The notes: generated by a model not told the origin, from the sequence alone. DNA of 32,000 bases from Candidatus Lokiarchaeum ossiferum (GCA_025839675.1 CP104013.1:30001-62000); one strand, 5' to 3'. Positions 1 through 9,016 are shown, numbered from the stretch's first letter. A program made the numbers and translations.

Positions 1-44
1 CCTTTTTTTCAGTCTTAGCCCTTCCAAATATCAAGAATTTAGGG

Positions 45-1013
45 TTGGAAATAGTAGACGTTATTGTGGAATCTCCAAAATCTTCCCAATATAAATTTTT
101 AAAGGAATTTTGTCTTGAACACCCATATACAGCTTATGACGGGAGATCTTATGGAAGTACCAATGGGATGTTGATCCAATTTCGAATTCCCCAAGGAACT
201 AGTTCCTTTATTGAAGAAGTATTTCATCACTTCTCTTCTTGTGGGATTATTGAATCCTTTCAGTTATTCTCTTTTCCTGATAATTATATTTATACTACAA
301 CTCAAGTTAAATATTGGAACCATTCTGCTTTATCTTGGGATTTTAGCTGGAAATCATGGTTCAATTTGGAAAACTCGTTGTGGGATCAAGGAACTTTTGA
401 ACAAGAAAAAATAGCATCCCAACCTAAATTAAACCAGGGAGTCGTGGAGCCATCAGCATTAAAATGGTTGAAACAAAGTGATATCCACATTCTAATTGAA
501 CTTATGAAAAATTCTCGACGGAAACGGGTCGAATTCATGCAGAAGCTTGAAGAAAACAAGAATTTGAAGTTTACACGTCAGACTTTTAGTCGAAGGCTCA
601 AAAAACTCTCAGAAGAATGTGTGCAAGGGCATCGATTATTTTTTAAATCTCATGCTTTCGATCTTCACAATCCAACTTTATTGATAGGATATGCTTCTGA
701 GCGTTTTATTGAAAATCTCTATATTCATTTGCAGAAACACCCCATACCATTTACCTCGACATTTAAGCATAATAAAAAATCCTTCTTCTGGTATATTCAT
801 ATGCCCTCAACTCACCTATCAGATCTCTTATTTGAATTAAATCCTTATTTAGAAAACTTACAATTAAATGTAATTGATCATCCTCGAAGTCTGATATATT
901 ATTTCTATGCTAAAGCGTTTGATGAAAAAACAAAACAATGGAATAAATCACATGATTTCATGGTTGATGATGTTTTGACGTATATGGATGATTGGAAGAA
1001 AAAGAATAAATGA
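45..1013 (+). CDS. hypothetical protein with a central HTH/winged-helix-like segment flanked by two related alpha/beta modules (possible regulator); possibly 5'-partial
   Basis: 322-aa ORF. The frame has no stop back to base 3, so the true start may lie outside the window. The central segment LKWLKQSDIHILIELMKNSRRKRVEFMQKL...FTRQTFSRRLKKL looks HTH-like. The N-terminal ~105 aa and C-terminal ~115 aa look like diverged copies (EHPYTAY/KHPIPFT; IQFRIPQGTSSFIEEVF/WYIHMPSTHLSDLLFEL; KYWNHS..WDFS/KQWNKSHDF). Confidence 0.6.
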   Translation: MEIVDVIVESPKSSQYKFLKEFCLEHPYTAYDGRSYGSTNGMLIQFRIPQGTSSFIEEVFHHFSSCGIIESFQLFSFPDNYIYTTTQVKYWNHSALSWDFSWKSWFNLENSLWDQGTFEQEKIASQPKLNQGVVEPSALKWLKQSDIHILIELMKNSRRKRVEFMQKLEENKNLKFTRQTFSRRLKKLSEECVQGHRLFFKSHAFDLHNPTLLIGYASERFIENLYIHLQKHPIPFTSTFKHNKKSFFWYIHMPSTHLSDLLFELNPYLENLQLNVIDHPRSLIYYFYAKAFDEKTKQWNKSHDFMVDDVLTYMDDWKKKNK

Positions 1014-1147
1014 TTTTACCTTGATTTTGATGAATACACTCTTTCGTTTTAATATCTACGATAATTGAGAAAATTTGTTGAAAAGACTTTTTGAAATTAT
1101 TCTTAAAATTAAAAATTAAGTGTGAATTCTCATTTTTTCAGATACTG

Positions 1148-2779
1148 ATGGATCCAGATAAGAAACTCGAGCAAAAAAGATTAATGGGAATTCGTGGCAA
1201 ATTAATGCTTAATATTCTTTTTGCCAGCGTTATTCCGCTCCTTATTACAATTAGTTATATCATGCTATTTGGAAATATTGAAACTAGCACGCGTTATGAT
1301 ATTTTGTATTTATTTATCGGGATTACACTCGTGTCCATACCAATGGCATGGATCATCGGTCGAAGATATTCTGTTGATATCGTGAAACTTAAAGAAAACA
1401 TTATTCATGAAGAAGATTCAGATTATGTCCCTCACTCCATAGAAAGAAATGATGAAATTGGTGATTTATCTAATGAATTCCTTCGTCTTACTCACAATTT
1501 GCTCGAACAATCAACATTGATTGAAAAAATTGTAGATTCCAGCGCAGCCCCTCTTATTCAACTGAATTATGATTTTGAAATTGTTTTTGTTGGCGAAAGT
1601 TTCTTAAAATTGACTGGATATTCCATGGATTATTATTTAGGGAAAAAACCGACCATTTTATACGCCAACCTTGAAGATTCTAAACGGGTCTCAGAGGTGT
1701 TTTGGAAAGAAAAGCAAATTAAAAATATAAAATATGAACTTGCAAATAATTATTCAAAGAAAATCATTGTCGAAATGTCATCTATACCTTTAATTTCTGA
1801 AGATGGGCAAAATATGGGTTATTTGAATACATATTTCGATGTTACTCAACGAGAACGTGTTATGGACTTTGTGTCTGGGATGGCTTCAAATGTTACTGCC
1901 ATGGGGGGTAATATTGAAAACCAAACACAAAAAATTAATCTTCAAATGAAGGAATTGGCAGGGTCAACTGAGTCCGTCTCTGGTAGTATCAGTTCTCAAG
2001 TGAAATCCACCCGTGCCATTCAACAGTCGTTACAAAATCTCAAAACGATAAACCAGGATATTTTAATGCAAGCCAATTTACTTAAAGTTCAGTTAGGTCA
2101 AAGTGAACAAACTGCCGAAGTCAACTTCACTTTATCAAAATCAATTGTAGATCGCATTAACGGAATCTCCAATAGTGCGGAAAGTGTCAATGACATTATG
2201 CATAATTTGTCAGATAAAAGTCAAGAAATTAATAAAATAGTCGAAGTTATTAGTGGAATTGCAACTGAAACCAACTTGCTTGCACTAAATGCTGCCATTG
2301 AAGCGGCTCGTGCGGGAGATGCCGGGAAAGGATTTGCAGTGGTCGCAGATCAAGTACGAAAACTCGCTGAAGATTCGAAAAATGCTACCAATAGTATTTC
2401 AGATTTAATTGATTCCATTCAAAAAGAAATTCAAAACTCGGTAGTAGCCCAAAACACTACCGTTGAAGAAATTCAATCTAGCAAATCGGATTTCAATTCC
2501 AGCCAGGTAGAAATGGAAAAATTATTTAATATTGTGCAACTCGCTGATCAAAGTATTCGGAACGTTGTGAGTCAAATGGATTTTCAAGAAAGTGAGATTA
2601 AAGATATCAATGAAACTATTGAATTCATCAATTCTGAAGTTGAAATGGGTTCGATGGCCTTACAAGAAATAAATGACTCAAATGGAGATGTTTCAAGCAC
2701 AATTGATGCTTTAACAAATCAGACTCAACAATTAACCGGGGAACTACAACATTTACTCGCAGAAATAAATCATTTATAA
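1148..2779 (+). CDS. methyl-accepting chemotaxis protein (2 TM, HAMP-like, PAS-like, MCP signalling domain)
   Basis: The ORF is open from TTG 1091 and the first ATG is at 1148. Two N-terminal TM helices ([41 protein letters not shown]). HAMP-like [20 protein letters not shown]-like [28 protein letters not shown]. Canonical MCP hairpin-tip signature [37 protein letters not shown]. Confidence 0.9.
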   Translation: MDPDKKLEQKRLMGIRGKLMLNILFASVIPLLITISYIMLFGNIETSTRYDILYLFIGITLVSIPMAWIIGRRYSVDIVKLKENIIHEEDSDYVPHSIERNDEIGDLSNEFLRLTHNLLEQSTLIEKIVDSSAAPLIQLNYDFEIVFVGESFLKLTGYSMDYYLGKKPTILYANLEDSKRVSEVFWKEKQIKNIKYELANNYSKKIIVEMSSIPLISEDGQNMGYLNTYFDVTQRERVMDFVSGMASNVTAMGGNIENQTQKINLQMKELAGSTESVSGSISSQVKSTRAIQQSLQNLKTINQDILMQANLLKVQLGQSEQTAEVNFTLSKSIVDRINGISNSAESVNDIMHNLSDKSQEINKIVEVISGIATETNLLALNAAIEAARAGDAGKGFAVVADQVRKLAEDSKNATNSISDLIDSIQKEIQNSVVAQNTTVEEIQSSKSDFNSSQVEMEKLFNIVQLADQSIRNVVSQMDFQESEIKDINETIEFINSEVEMGSMALQEINDSNGDVSSTIDALTNQTQQLTGELQHLLAEINHL

Positions 2780-2803
2780 TACTTCATGCTTATTTTGACA
2801 ATA

Positions 2804-2841
2804 AGAAATGAAACGATCCATTTCTTTTATAATGTTTTTTT
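2804..2841 (+). terminator. hairpin AGAAATG-N8-CATTTCT followed by a T7 run, downstream of the MCP gene
   Basis: Inverted repeat at 2804-2810 / 2819-2825, then T7 at 2835-2841. It lies in a convergent intergenic region. A second small inverted repeat, AGAGTT/AACTCT (2860-2865 / 2875-2880), sits just after the stop of the minus-strand radical SAM gene. Confidence 0.4.
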
Positions 2842-2887
2842 GTGTCAATGACCCAATTTAGAGTTCTCGAAAAAAACTCTTGATTAT

Positions 2888-5158
2888 TCACCCAAGCAAT
2901 TCATTTTGAATTATTTCTATCGATTTTATTGCATTAACTGCATCTTTTAGATCAAAATTCTGATTTGTCCAACAGAACTCTTCTCGAGACGATTGATCAA
3001 TTAAGAAACATTTTGTGCAAAGGTTAATTTGATTGCAAAATTTGCAATTTCTTCTTTCTTCAACCTTGGATTTTATAGTTTCCACTTTTTTTCTAAGAGA
3101 AACATAGTTATCATCAAGATTTCCGATTGAATTACCTCGCCAACACAGTCTTATAGAATTATCTTTAGATATAATTGCTTTATCGAAGGTATTACAATTG
3201 GCCTCTTCTTTTGACCAAGGACATAAATTTTGAAAATGGGGTAGTAACTTCCTTTCTAGCAGATAATTGATACCATTGTCACTATTTTTAATTTCTTTGA
3301 GAAACTGAATCATTTTTTTAAAATCTTCATTTGTAACATCAACAACAACAATATTTTTGAAATCAGTTTCATGATCTTGATATTTCTCGTGAAAATTTAC
3401 CATCTTCAAAATTCTAATTGGATTTTTTATACTTTTTCCATAAATTAATAGTCTACTTGAGTTAAGAACTGTAGATTTCTTTGTTTTTGTCCAAATATAA
3501 TGTTCATAATGGATTGTAGGTGGAAAATTATCATAAAAGGTTGAAATGTTATTTGTATAATTTGACTTGAAAGTATCTTCATTGGAATAAAGTTGGATAA
3601 AATTGCCATTAATAGCAATGTTTTCTTGCAACCACTTCACATGCATTTTCTTTAAGATATCAGAATCAATTATTATAGATTTGAAGAATGCCCCATAAGT
3701 TAGAGATCTTGAAAATAGTGATAATGTTTTAGCAATATTGAAATCTATTTCATGTGAAATTTTGAAGAGTTCAGCTTTTTTACTAAATTGTAATTTTTCA
3801 ATTTGAAATGGATGACTATTTTCAATGAATATGTGATTTTTTAACCCCTTATAAGAAATATTATATTCAAATTTCTTATGGTTATTGTAAATAGGGGTTC
3901 CTTTCATAATTCGGAATTTATTTAATTGATAAGAATTTATGTCTAAGTATTCAACAACATTGATTGTATTTTGTGCTTCCTCTAAAGTTTCACCTGGTAA
4001 ACCAACCATGATACTTACGAAAACATCTTTAAAACCAATTTTTTTTGCATAACGTGTCATTTTTTGTAATTGTTCAATGAATTGTATTTCACCTTTGAAA
4101 TCAGATTTAGAGTGAGATGGATTAACTTTTCCAATATTTCTTAAAATTTGTGGAGAAGAACTTTCCAATGAAAAACCTATTGAAGTAAATCCTGCATTTT
4201 TCATCAAATGAAGAAGATCTTCATTTATTTTGTCGCATCGAGTAATACAAGCAAGATTAATTTTGATGTTTTTTCTTATTATTTCCTCACAAATTTTTTC
4301 AGCTCTATTTGGAAATATCGTAAATGCATCGTCTAAAATACTTATTGGCTTTTTATGCTGAAAATGACTGAGGTAGTCTATTTCTTGAATAACCCGCTTA
4401 AGAGAATGGGTGAAAATGTTCTTCTTATATAACACTGCACAATTGCAGTATGTGCAATTTTGATTACATCCTCGAGCGGATAAAATCCCAACATTGCTAG
4501 CTTCTTGAGGGGGAATAATTTTTGATAAATAAGGTGATGGATATTTGTCAATGAAGTTATTAATTTTTTTATTTGATGATAAAACATCTTTATCTGGAGT
4601 AGATATTACCCTTCCTCCGATTTTAAAAGAAACTCCCTCAATATTACTTAGGTTTTTTTTGTTTAAAATAAAATTATACTTCTTTAATTCTGTTAAGATC
4701 TCTAAAGTTGTTTCTTCTCCTTCATTTCTAATACAAATATCAATTTCTGGGATTTTTTCAACAATTTCTGATGCTTGAATAGTCGCAGTTGGACCTCCAA
4801 AAATCGTAATTATTTCAGGAAGATCTTGTTTGAGCTTTTTACAAATTGCTACAGATTGTAAATAATTGGTGTCATAAATAGTAAATCCTACTATTTTTGG
4901 AGCCATTTTGGATATTATGTTAATACATTCAGATATGTTTAATTTTTTAGGCGATATCATCTGAGAAGCGGAGAAATTGTTTTCATTTAGATAGGCAATA
5001 ATATATGAAGCCCCTAGATGATAGGAAAAAGTGTTTCCTTGAAAAATTTGTCCCGATACAAAAATAAATAGAATATCCATCTTATTCTCCTGTTTTAAAA
5101 GCTGAAAAAACTTTATAGAACTAAATGGTTCATTTTTCTCAATATCTAAATTTACCAT
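2888..5158 (-). CDS. class B (B12-binding domain) radical SAM enzyme with a C-terminal SPASM/twitch-like Cys cluster
   Basis: N-terminal Rossmann-like B12-binding pattern (ILFIFVSG..., IVGFTIYDTNY, IITIFGGPTAT). Radical SAM CX3CX2C in SARGCNQNCTYCNC. C-terminal cysteines CPWSKEEANC ... RLCWRGNSIGN ... CKFCNQINLCTKC ... EEFC. An AGGAG lies 6 nt upstream of internal ATG 5080 (MDILFIF...), so the real start may be 5080 rather than 5158. Confidence 0.85.
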   Translation of the reverse strand: MVNLDIEKNEPFSSIKFFQLLKQENKMDILFIFVSGQIFQGNTFSYHLGASYIIAYLNENNFSASQMISPKKLNISECINIISKMAPKIVGFTIYDTNYLQSVAICKKLKQDLPEIITIFGGPTATIQASEIVEKIPEIDICIRNEGEETTLEILTELKKYNFILNKKNLSNIEGVSFKIGGRVISTPDKDVLSSNKKINNFIDKYPSPYLSKIIPPQEASNVGILSARGCNQNCTYCNCAVLYKKNIFTHSLKRVIQEIDYLSHFQHKKPISILDDAFTIFPNRAEKICEEIIRKNIKINLACITRCDKINEDLLHLMKNAGFTSIGFSLESSSPQILRNIGKVNPSHSKSDFKGEIQFIEQLQKMTRYAKKIGFKDVFVSIMVGLPGETLEEAQNTINVVEYLDINSYQLNKFRIMKGTPIYNNHKKFEYNISYKGLKNHIFIENSHPFQIEKLQFSKKAELFKISHEIDFNIAKTLSLFSRSLTYGAFFKSIIIDSDILKKMHVKWLQENIAINGNFIQLYSNEDTFKSNYTNNISTFYDNFPPTIHYEHYIWTKTKKSTVLNSSRLLIYGKSIKNPIRILKMVNFHEKYQDHETDFKNIVVVDVTNEDFKKMIQFLKEIKNSDNGINYLLERKLLPHFQNLCPWSKEEANCNTFDKAIISKDNSIRLCWRGNSIGNLDDNYVSLRKKVETIKSKVEERRNCKFCNQINLCTKCFLIDQSSREEFCWTNQNFDLKDAVNAIKSIEIIQNELLG

Positions 5159-5227
5159 GATTCTTCTTCTGGTACAATTGAAAATTTTCCTCTCATTTTA
5201 AATTGAAAAAAAAGAATCTTAGAAATT

Positions 5228-5461
5228 CTAACCAATACTAACAAAAATTATTAGTGGAGTTATTTTATTAAACGCTTCAGGATCAAATCCATGTTTTTCC
5301 AATAGGTTTTGAACGAAATTTCTCATTTTTTGTTTAATTGCTTCCTGATCTTTTTCAATTTTTGATAAACGATCAAATTCTCCAAGAATTGCTTCTGTGA
5401 TCTTTTCCCCATACTTTTCAGTAAGAAGTTCTTTTATTGATTGTCTTTCATAATTATCCAA
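5228..5461 (-). CDS. small hypothetical protein (77 aa): helical acidic/basic N-terminal part and a short hydrophobic C-terminus; candidate precursor peptide
   Basis: TTG start at 5461 with GGTGA 6 nt upstream (5468-5472 on the plus strand). An AT-rich TATA-like stretch lies around 5491-5511. The stop is 69 nt upstream of the radical SAM ORF on the same strand. The sequence ends ...GFDPEAFNKITPLIIFVSIG. Confidence 0.45.
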   Translation of the reverse strand: MDNYERQSIKELLTEKYGEKITEAILGEFDRLSKIEKDQEAIKQKMRNFVQNLLEKHGFDPEAFNKITPLIIFVSIG

Positions 5462-5594
5462 AAGTTGTCACCAGTCTTTTCTCGATTTTACAATTTATAA
5501 ATATTTATTTCAAAATCCTTCGAATAATATAATTAATTATATAGGTCAAAGAAGTGGTATTTTTTAATCTGATTTCAACCTTCAAGATATTGAG

Positions 5595-7610
5595 TTACTG
5601 GATAATTTTTGAGATCAGTCTTGAAAGACTTGGTTCGTTATCCAATTTAAGGAAAAAATTATATTTCTCAGCCTTTTCAAATTTATTCCAGATTTCATCA
5701 TTAATTTGGATTTGTTCTGCAAATTTATCAATTTTTTTTTGGGCAGAATACGAATGTCCTTTATAAACATAAAAAATATGGATTGATTGTATCTTCTTTA
5801 TAACAATCATGTAGTTTCCAAATTTTGCTCGATCTAACCCTTCATCAAAAATATTTTTACTAAAGGTATTGAATGCGGAGAGAAAACTTCCGAATATTCC
5901 ATCAGAAATATTCCAATCATTCGTAAAAGATTTACTCATTAAGGGTAGACCGGTTTCTTGGGAAATAAGCAAAAATATTGGGACTTCATTACGAGAATTG
6001 ACGATCTTATTTTTAGATTTCCACATCATACTATTCAATTGATCTCTAATTTTTGCTAATCTCATACGTTCATCAATGGATATTTGATTTATATCCAAAG
6101 ATTCCCACACATCCCATTCTTTTAATAATTCATCATGTTCCATAGAAATTTTTTGCGCTATCTGCTCAATTTTGTGTGTCTGGGCATATTTTTGCGCTTC
6201 TATTAATAAAATCCTTGCTTTTTTAAGATCTAAATCTATTAATGCCATTTTTGATTCAAGTAACAATGTTTCGGCAAATAATCTTATTGAACTCTGGGTC
6301 TTTGCTGCATTCTTCAAAGTGTCAACAATTGCTTCAAGTTCATTTTCTACTTCAATATCTTGAGTTATATTTAATTCTGTTAGAAGAAGATCACATAAGT
6401 GAAGAAGTGCCCTTTCGGTTAATTCCCAAGGAATTTTTTTTTTTTCTAAAACACTTTTAAGAATATCTTCAGCTTCGATTCGAGAACGACTTCTCAAACT
6501 TGTTTTTAAGATGAGGGCTTTATCAATTTGTTTAATGAGTTTAAATATTTCTAATTTACTATTTCTACTTTCTATATTCTGTAATTCTTTAAAATAAATC
6601 TCTGCTTGTTTTATATGCCCAACTTCGAGAGACAAAATCAATAAACTATCCACGACTCCAAATAATAGAAATTCTTGGCTTACTTTCAGTTTTTTTGAAT
6701 CATTTAAGGCATTTATCAAATATTTTTCGGCTTTTAAAGGTTCACCATTTTGATGATACGCGTTCCCTATTGAATTGTTGCACCGAATAATTCCAATCAA
6801 ATTTTTATTATTCTCAGCAATTTTTAGCCCTTGTTTAAAATTTTCAATTGCAGAAGACATATCCCCCTTTGCAAGATAAATTGAACCCATCAACACTTTT
6901 CCTTCTCTATCTCTGGAGTCCGGTTCATACTTGTCTACTTTTTCAAGAATAAATTTTAGGCTTGTATCTAAATCGCCTTTTAGATAGTAATAAGTTGCCT
7001 TGTTATGTAGAGATGTTCTATACTCCCTTTGTATTCTAACAGAATTCTCCCTTTCTCTTAATTCGTCCAGTATTTGAGATGCTTGATTGAAAAATGTAAT
7101 CGACGTTTTTTTTTCTTCTGAATCTTCTCCAAATTTTTGTAAAAAATACCATCCTTTGAAATTTAAGATTTTAGCCCTTCTCAATTCAAGATTTTTTGTT
7201 AAATAACTCGATTTTTCATCAAAAACTCTTTCACAATATACAATTGTCTCCCAACTTTTAGTAAGTTCTCGCAGTTCAAATAATATTTTGGCTTTCATGA
7301 TTAAATAATCAAGAAATATTAGTTCCTCACTATTACGGGGTATATTTTTTATATTTATCTCAATAAGTTCAAGAGATTCATGAAGTTCGCCAATCTTAAA
7401 TAAAAAAACACTTTTGAAATAATTGAGTAGGATAGTTTCTAAATTATTACACACCATCTCAGATCTTATTGCATTAATATACTCTAAACCTTCTGAATAG
7501 ATTCCTTTTGATAGGTAATTCTCCAGTTGACCAATTTTCATATCAAAAATTTTATCCTGAGTAATGGTTTGCTTTATCATATATTTTCGATCTTCTATTA
7601 TTGAACCCAA
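5595..7610 (-). CDS. TPR-repeat protein with a C-terminal longin/roadblock-like alpha/beta domain
   Basis: 671-aa ORF (TTG 7610; alternative ATG 7580). There are many 34-aa TPR-like units (e.g. ATYYYLKGDLDTSLKFILEKV, MGSIYLAKGDMSSAIENFKQGLKIAE, IGNAYHQNGEPLKAEKYLINAL). The C-terminal ~130 aa (VPIFLLISQETGLPLMSKSF...DGIFGSFLSAFNTFS...FGNYMIVIKK...IFYVYKG) has the same pattern as the small protein at 30844-31302. Confidence 0.8.
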   Translation of the reverse strand: MGSIIEDRKYMIKQTITQDKIFDMKIGQLENYLSKGIYSEGLEYINAIRSEMVCNNLETILLNYFKSVFLFKIGELHESLELIEINIKNIPRNSEELIFLDYLIMKAKILFELRELTKSWETIVYCERVFDEKSSYLTKNLELRRAKILNFKGWYFLQKFGEDSEEKKTSITFFNQASQILDELRERENSVRIQREYRTSLHNKATYYYLKGDLDTSLKFILEKVDKYEPDSRDREGKVLMGSIYLAKGDMSSAIENFKQGLKIAENNKNLIGIIRCNNSIGNAYHQNGEPLKAEKYLINALNDSKKLKVSQEFLLFGVVDSLLILSLEVGHIKQAEIYFKELQNIESRNSKLEIFKLIKQIDKALILKTSLRSRSRIEAEDILKSVLEKKKIPWELTERALLHLCDLLLTELNITQDIEVENELEAIVDTLKNAAKTQSSIRLFAETLLLESKMALIDLDLKKARILLIEAQKYAQTHKIEQIAQKISMEHDELLKEWDVWESLDINQISIDERMRLAKIRDQLNSMMWKSKNKIVNSRNEVPIFLLISQETGLPLMSKSFTNDWNISDGIFGSFLSAFNTFSKNIFDEGLDRAKFGNYMIVIKKIQSIHIFYVYKGHSYSAQKKIDKFAEQIQINDEIWNKFEKAEKYNFFLKLDNEPSLSRLISKIIQ

Positions 7611-7822
7611 TTCATTAACAATTTTTATTAACTAAGTTATGATTTCGTGTTATTTTTAATACAATTTTAAAATATTGAACTATTATTTTAAAGATATTCC
7701 TTATTTTATGGAAATTTTGCTTGTTAACTGCCAATTTCAATATTTTTCAAGTCAGCAGGTAGTAGAAAATTTACATGTATGTATAAGAGTAATTTAGATA
7801 GGTAAAATACCTTAATAGAATT

Positions 7823-7896
7823 TTTTGTCGAGTATTTTTTACAATATTTTACATGGTAAAAAATCTGTAAAAAATCGTAAAAAAACATCGACAAAA
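7823..7896. repeat. 74-bp imperfect palindrome containing phased GTAAAAAA(T) direct repeats
   Basis: Outer inverted repeat TTTTGTCGA (7823-7831) / TCGACAAAA (7888-7896). Three GTAAAAAA(T/A) copies at 7856, 7867 and 7877 (10-11 bp phasing). Inverted copies ATTTTTTAC (7834-7842) and ATTTTAC (7846-7852). It lies inside a ~490-bp AT-rich intergenic region upstream of the TPR gene. Confidence 0.6.
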
Positions 7897-8099
7897 TATG
7901 ATTCCTCTTTTGATTCTCTCTCTGTTGAGAAAATGCTTAAGTCCAAAATAAATAGGACAAATCATAATTAGATTGACATAATTTTCAATAAATCAGGTAA
8001 AAGAATAAAGAAAAAAAAACGCTTAACATAAAAATTCCAACTTCACATCATCTAAAAAAATATTCAGCAAAAAGGACATTAAATGTAAACTTCATATTA

Positions 8100-8384
8100 T
8101 TAGGAAAACTCAGCCATTATTATATCAATTTGTGTTTTTCCTTCTAGTAAAGCTATGTTTTGGGTTGATTTCTGCAAATCTTTAGGCAGAAATTTGATCA
8201 ATTTTTGTTGGATTTGATGTTGTGTCAAAGATTTAAGTTGATTTAATTCAGTTGTTAGTAACTCCACTTGATGGGCAATAATATTAATCGGAATGTGATT
8301 TCGTAAGCAAAATGAAATAAACGCTTGTATCATGGGTTGCTTATCTAAAGTACTTGCATTAGCTGCGATGAAAGTAGCAGTCAT
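8100..8384 (-). CDS. hypothetical protein (94 aa)
   Basis: ATG-initiated ORF on the same strand as its neighbours. No motif recognised. Confidence 0.4.
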   Translation of the reverse strand: MTATFIAANASTLDKQPMIQAFISFCLRNHIPINIIAHQVELLTTELNQLKSLTQHQIQQKLIKFLPKDLQKSTQNIALLEGKTQIDIIMAEFS

Positions 8385-8455
8385 GGTTGATCACTTTTGT
8401 CTAAGTTGGATCCCATTTGTAGGAGAAGGGGTCATTGATTTTTTGGAATGTTTTG

Positions 8456-8469
8456 AAAAAAAAAAAAAA
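8456..8469 (-). terminator. oligo-T (T14 on the minus strand) tract downstream of gene 8495-8989
   Basis: A14 run on the plus strand, 25 nt beyond the stop codon of the minus-strand gene. Archaeal terminators are typically oligo-T tracts. Confidence 0.45.
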
Positions 8470-8494
8470 TGGAAAAATGGTTGAAGTAGAATTT

Positions 8495-8989
8495 TTAAAG
8501 TGCATAACCGCAATGACCGCAGTAGCTTCCCTGGGGCATAACCGGTGATCCACACATAGGGCAAAATTTTTTGAGATCGTCGTCGAAGTTTTGTTCTTCT
8601 CTTGCTTGCATAGGAGTCATTGTGGGTGCAAAGTTTTGCTGGGTTGGGTGTTGGTTAATTCGAGGTGATTCAAGGGGTTTGGATACCACATGAATGGTGA
8701 CTGGCGCTGAAGCATCCATTGATTTCTGGGTAACTTTTTCTCCTCTTTCCATATTTGAAGGTTGCTGTAAAGAATTATTTATTGTTATTTTCGGTTTTCG
8801 ACTGAGCAAATGTCCAATTATAGCAATGAAAGGAGAAAAAAGACATACCATTGACCAGAAAAAGGGATTCATGTTCCGTCGATAACTATCCCGGATAATC
8901 CACATGATAACAAACATGTCTATTAACAAGGTCCATAAAATTATCGAAGGGTTGACTAAGATATCGGTGTGTTGCAAATATGGGTGCAT
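8495..8989 (-). CDS. membrane protein with a PLDc_N-like N-terminal TM module and a C-terminal zinc ribbon
   Basis: N-terminal TM pair with WIIRDSYRRNMNPFFWSMVCLFSPFIAIIGHLLSRKP (the pattern of the short PLD-N-terminal membrane domain). The C-terminus is CPMCGSPVMPQGSYCGHCGYAL (CxxC-N9-CxxC). Confidence 0.75.
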   Translation of the reverse strand: MHPYLQHTDILVNPSIILWTLLIDMFVIMWIIRDSYRRNMNPFFWSMVCLFSPFIAIIGHLLSRKPKITINNSLQQPSNMERGEKVTQKSMDASAPVTIHVVSKPLESPRINQHPTQQNFAPTMTPMQAREEQNFDDDLKKFCPMCGSPVMPQGSYCGHCGYAL

Positions 8990-9016
8990 AGTGTGGGTGA
9001 TCTCTTTTTGTATGGG

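Noticed and set aside
4378-4778. Short ORFs overlapping larger genes on the same or opposite strand (e.g. 211-414, 4378-4587, 4545-4778, 5554-5766, 6172-6460, 8694-8885, 11032-11292, 11370-11627, 13755-14141, 14098-14313, 16905-17250, 18754-18954, 19612-19800, 20617-21250, 21508-21729, 21836-22299, 23008-23541, 25859-26247, 28585-28770, 28828-29016, 29281-29653, 29837-30028, 31022-31411)
   Set aside because: They lie inside or against longer ORFs with recognisable domains and have low-complexity or hydrophobic shadow-frame composition and no motifs. They are typical spurious ORFs in AT-rich DNA.
7611-8099. Replication origin (long AT-rich intergenic region with inverted and direct repeats)
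   Set aside because: There is no orc1/cdc6 gene adjacent and I recognise no ORB-like element. I kept it only as a repeat/regulatory observation.
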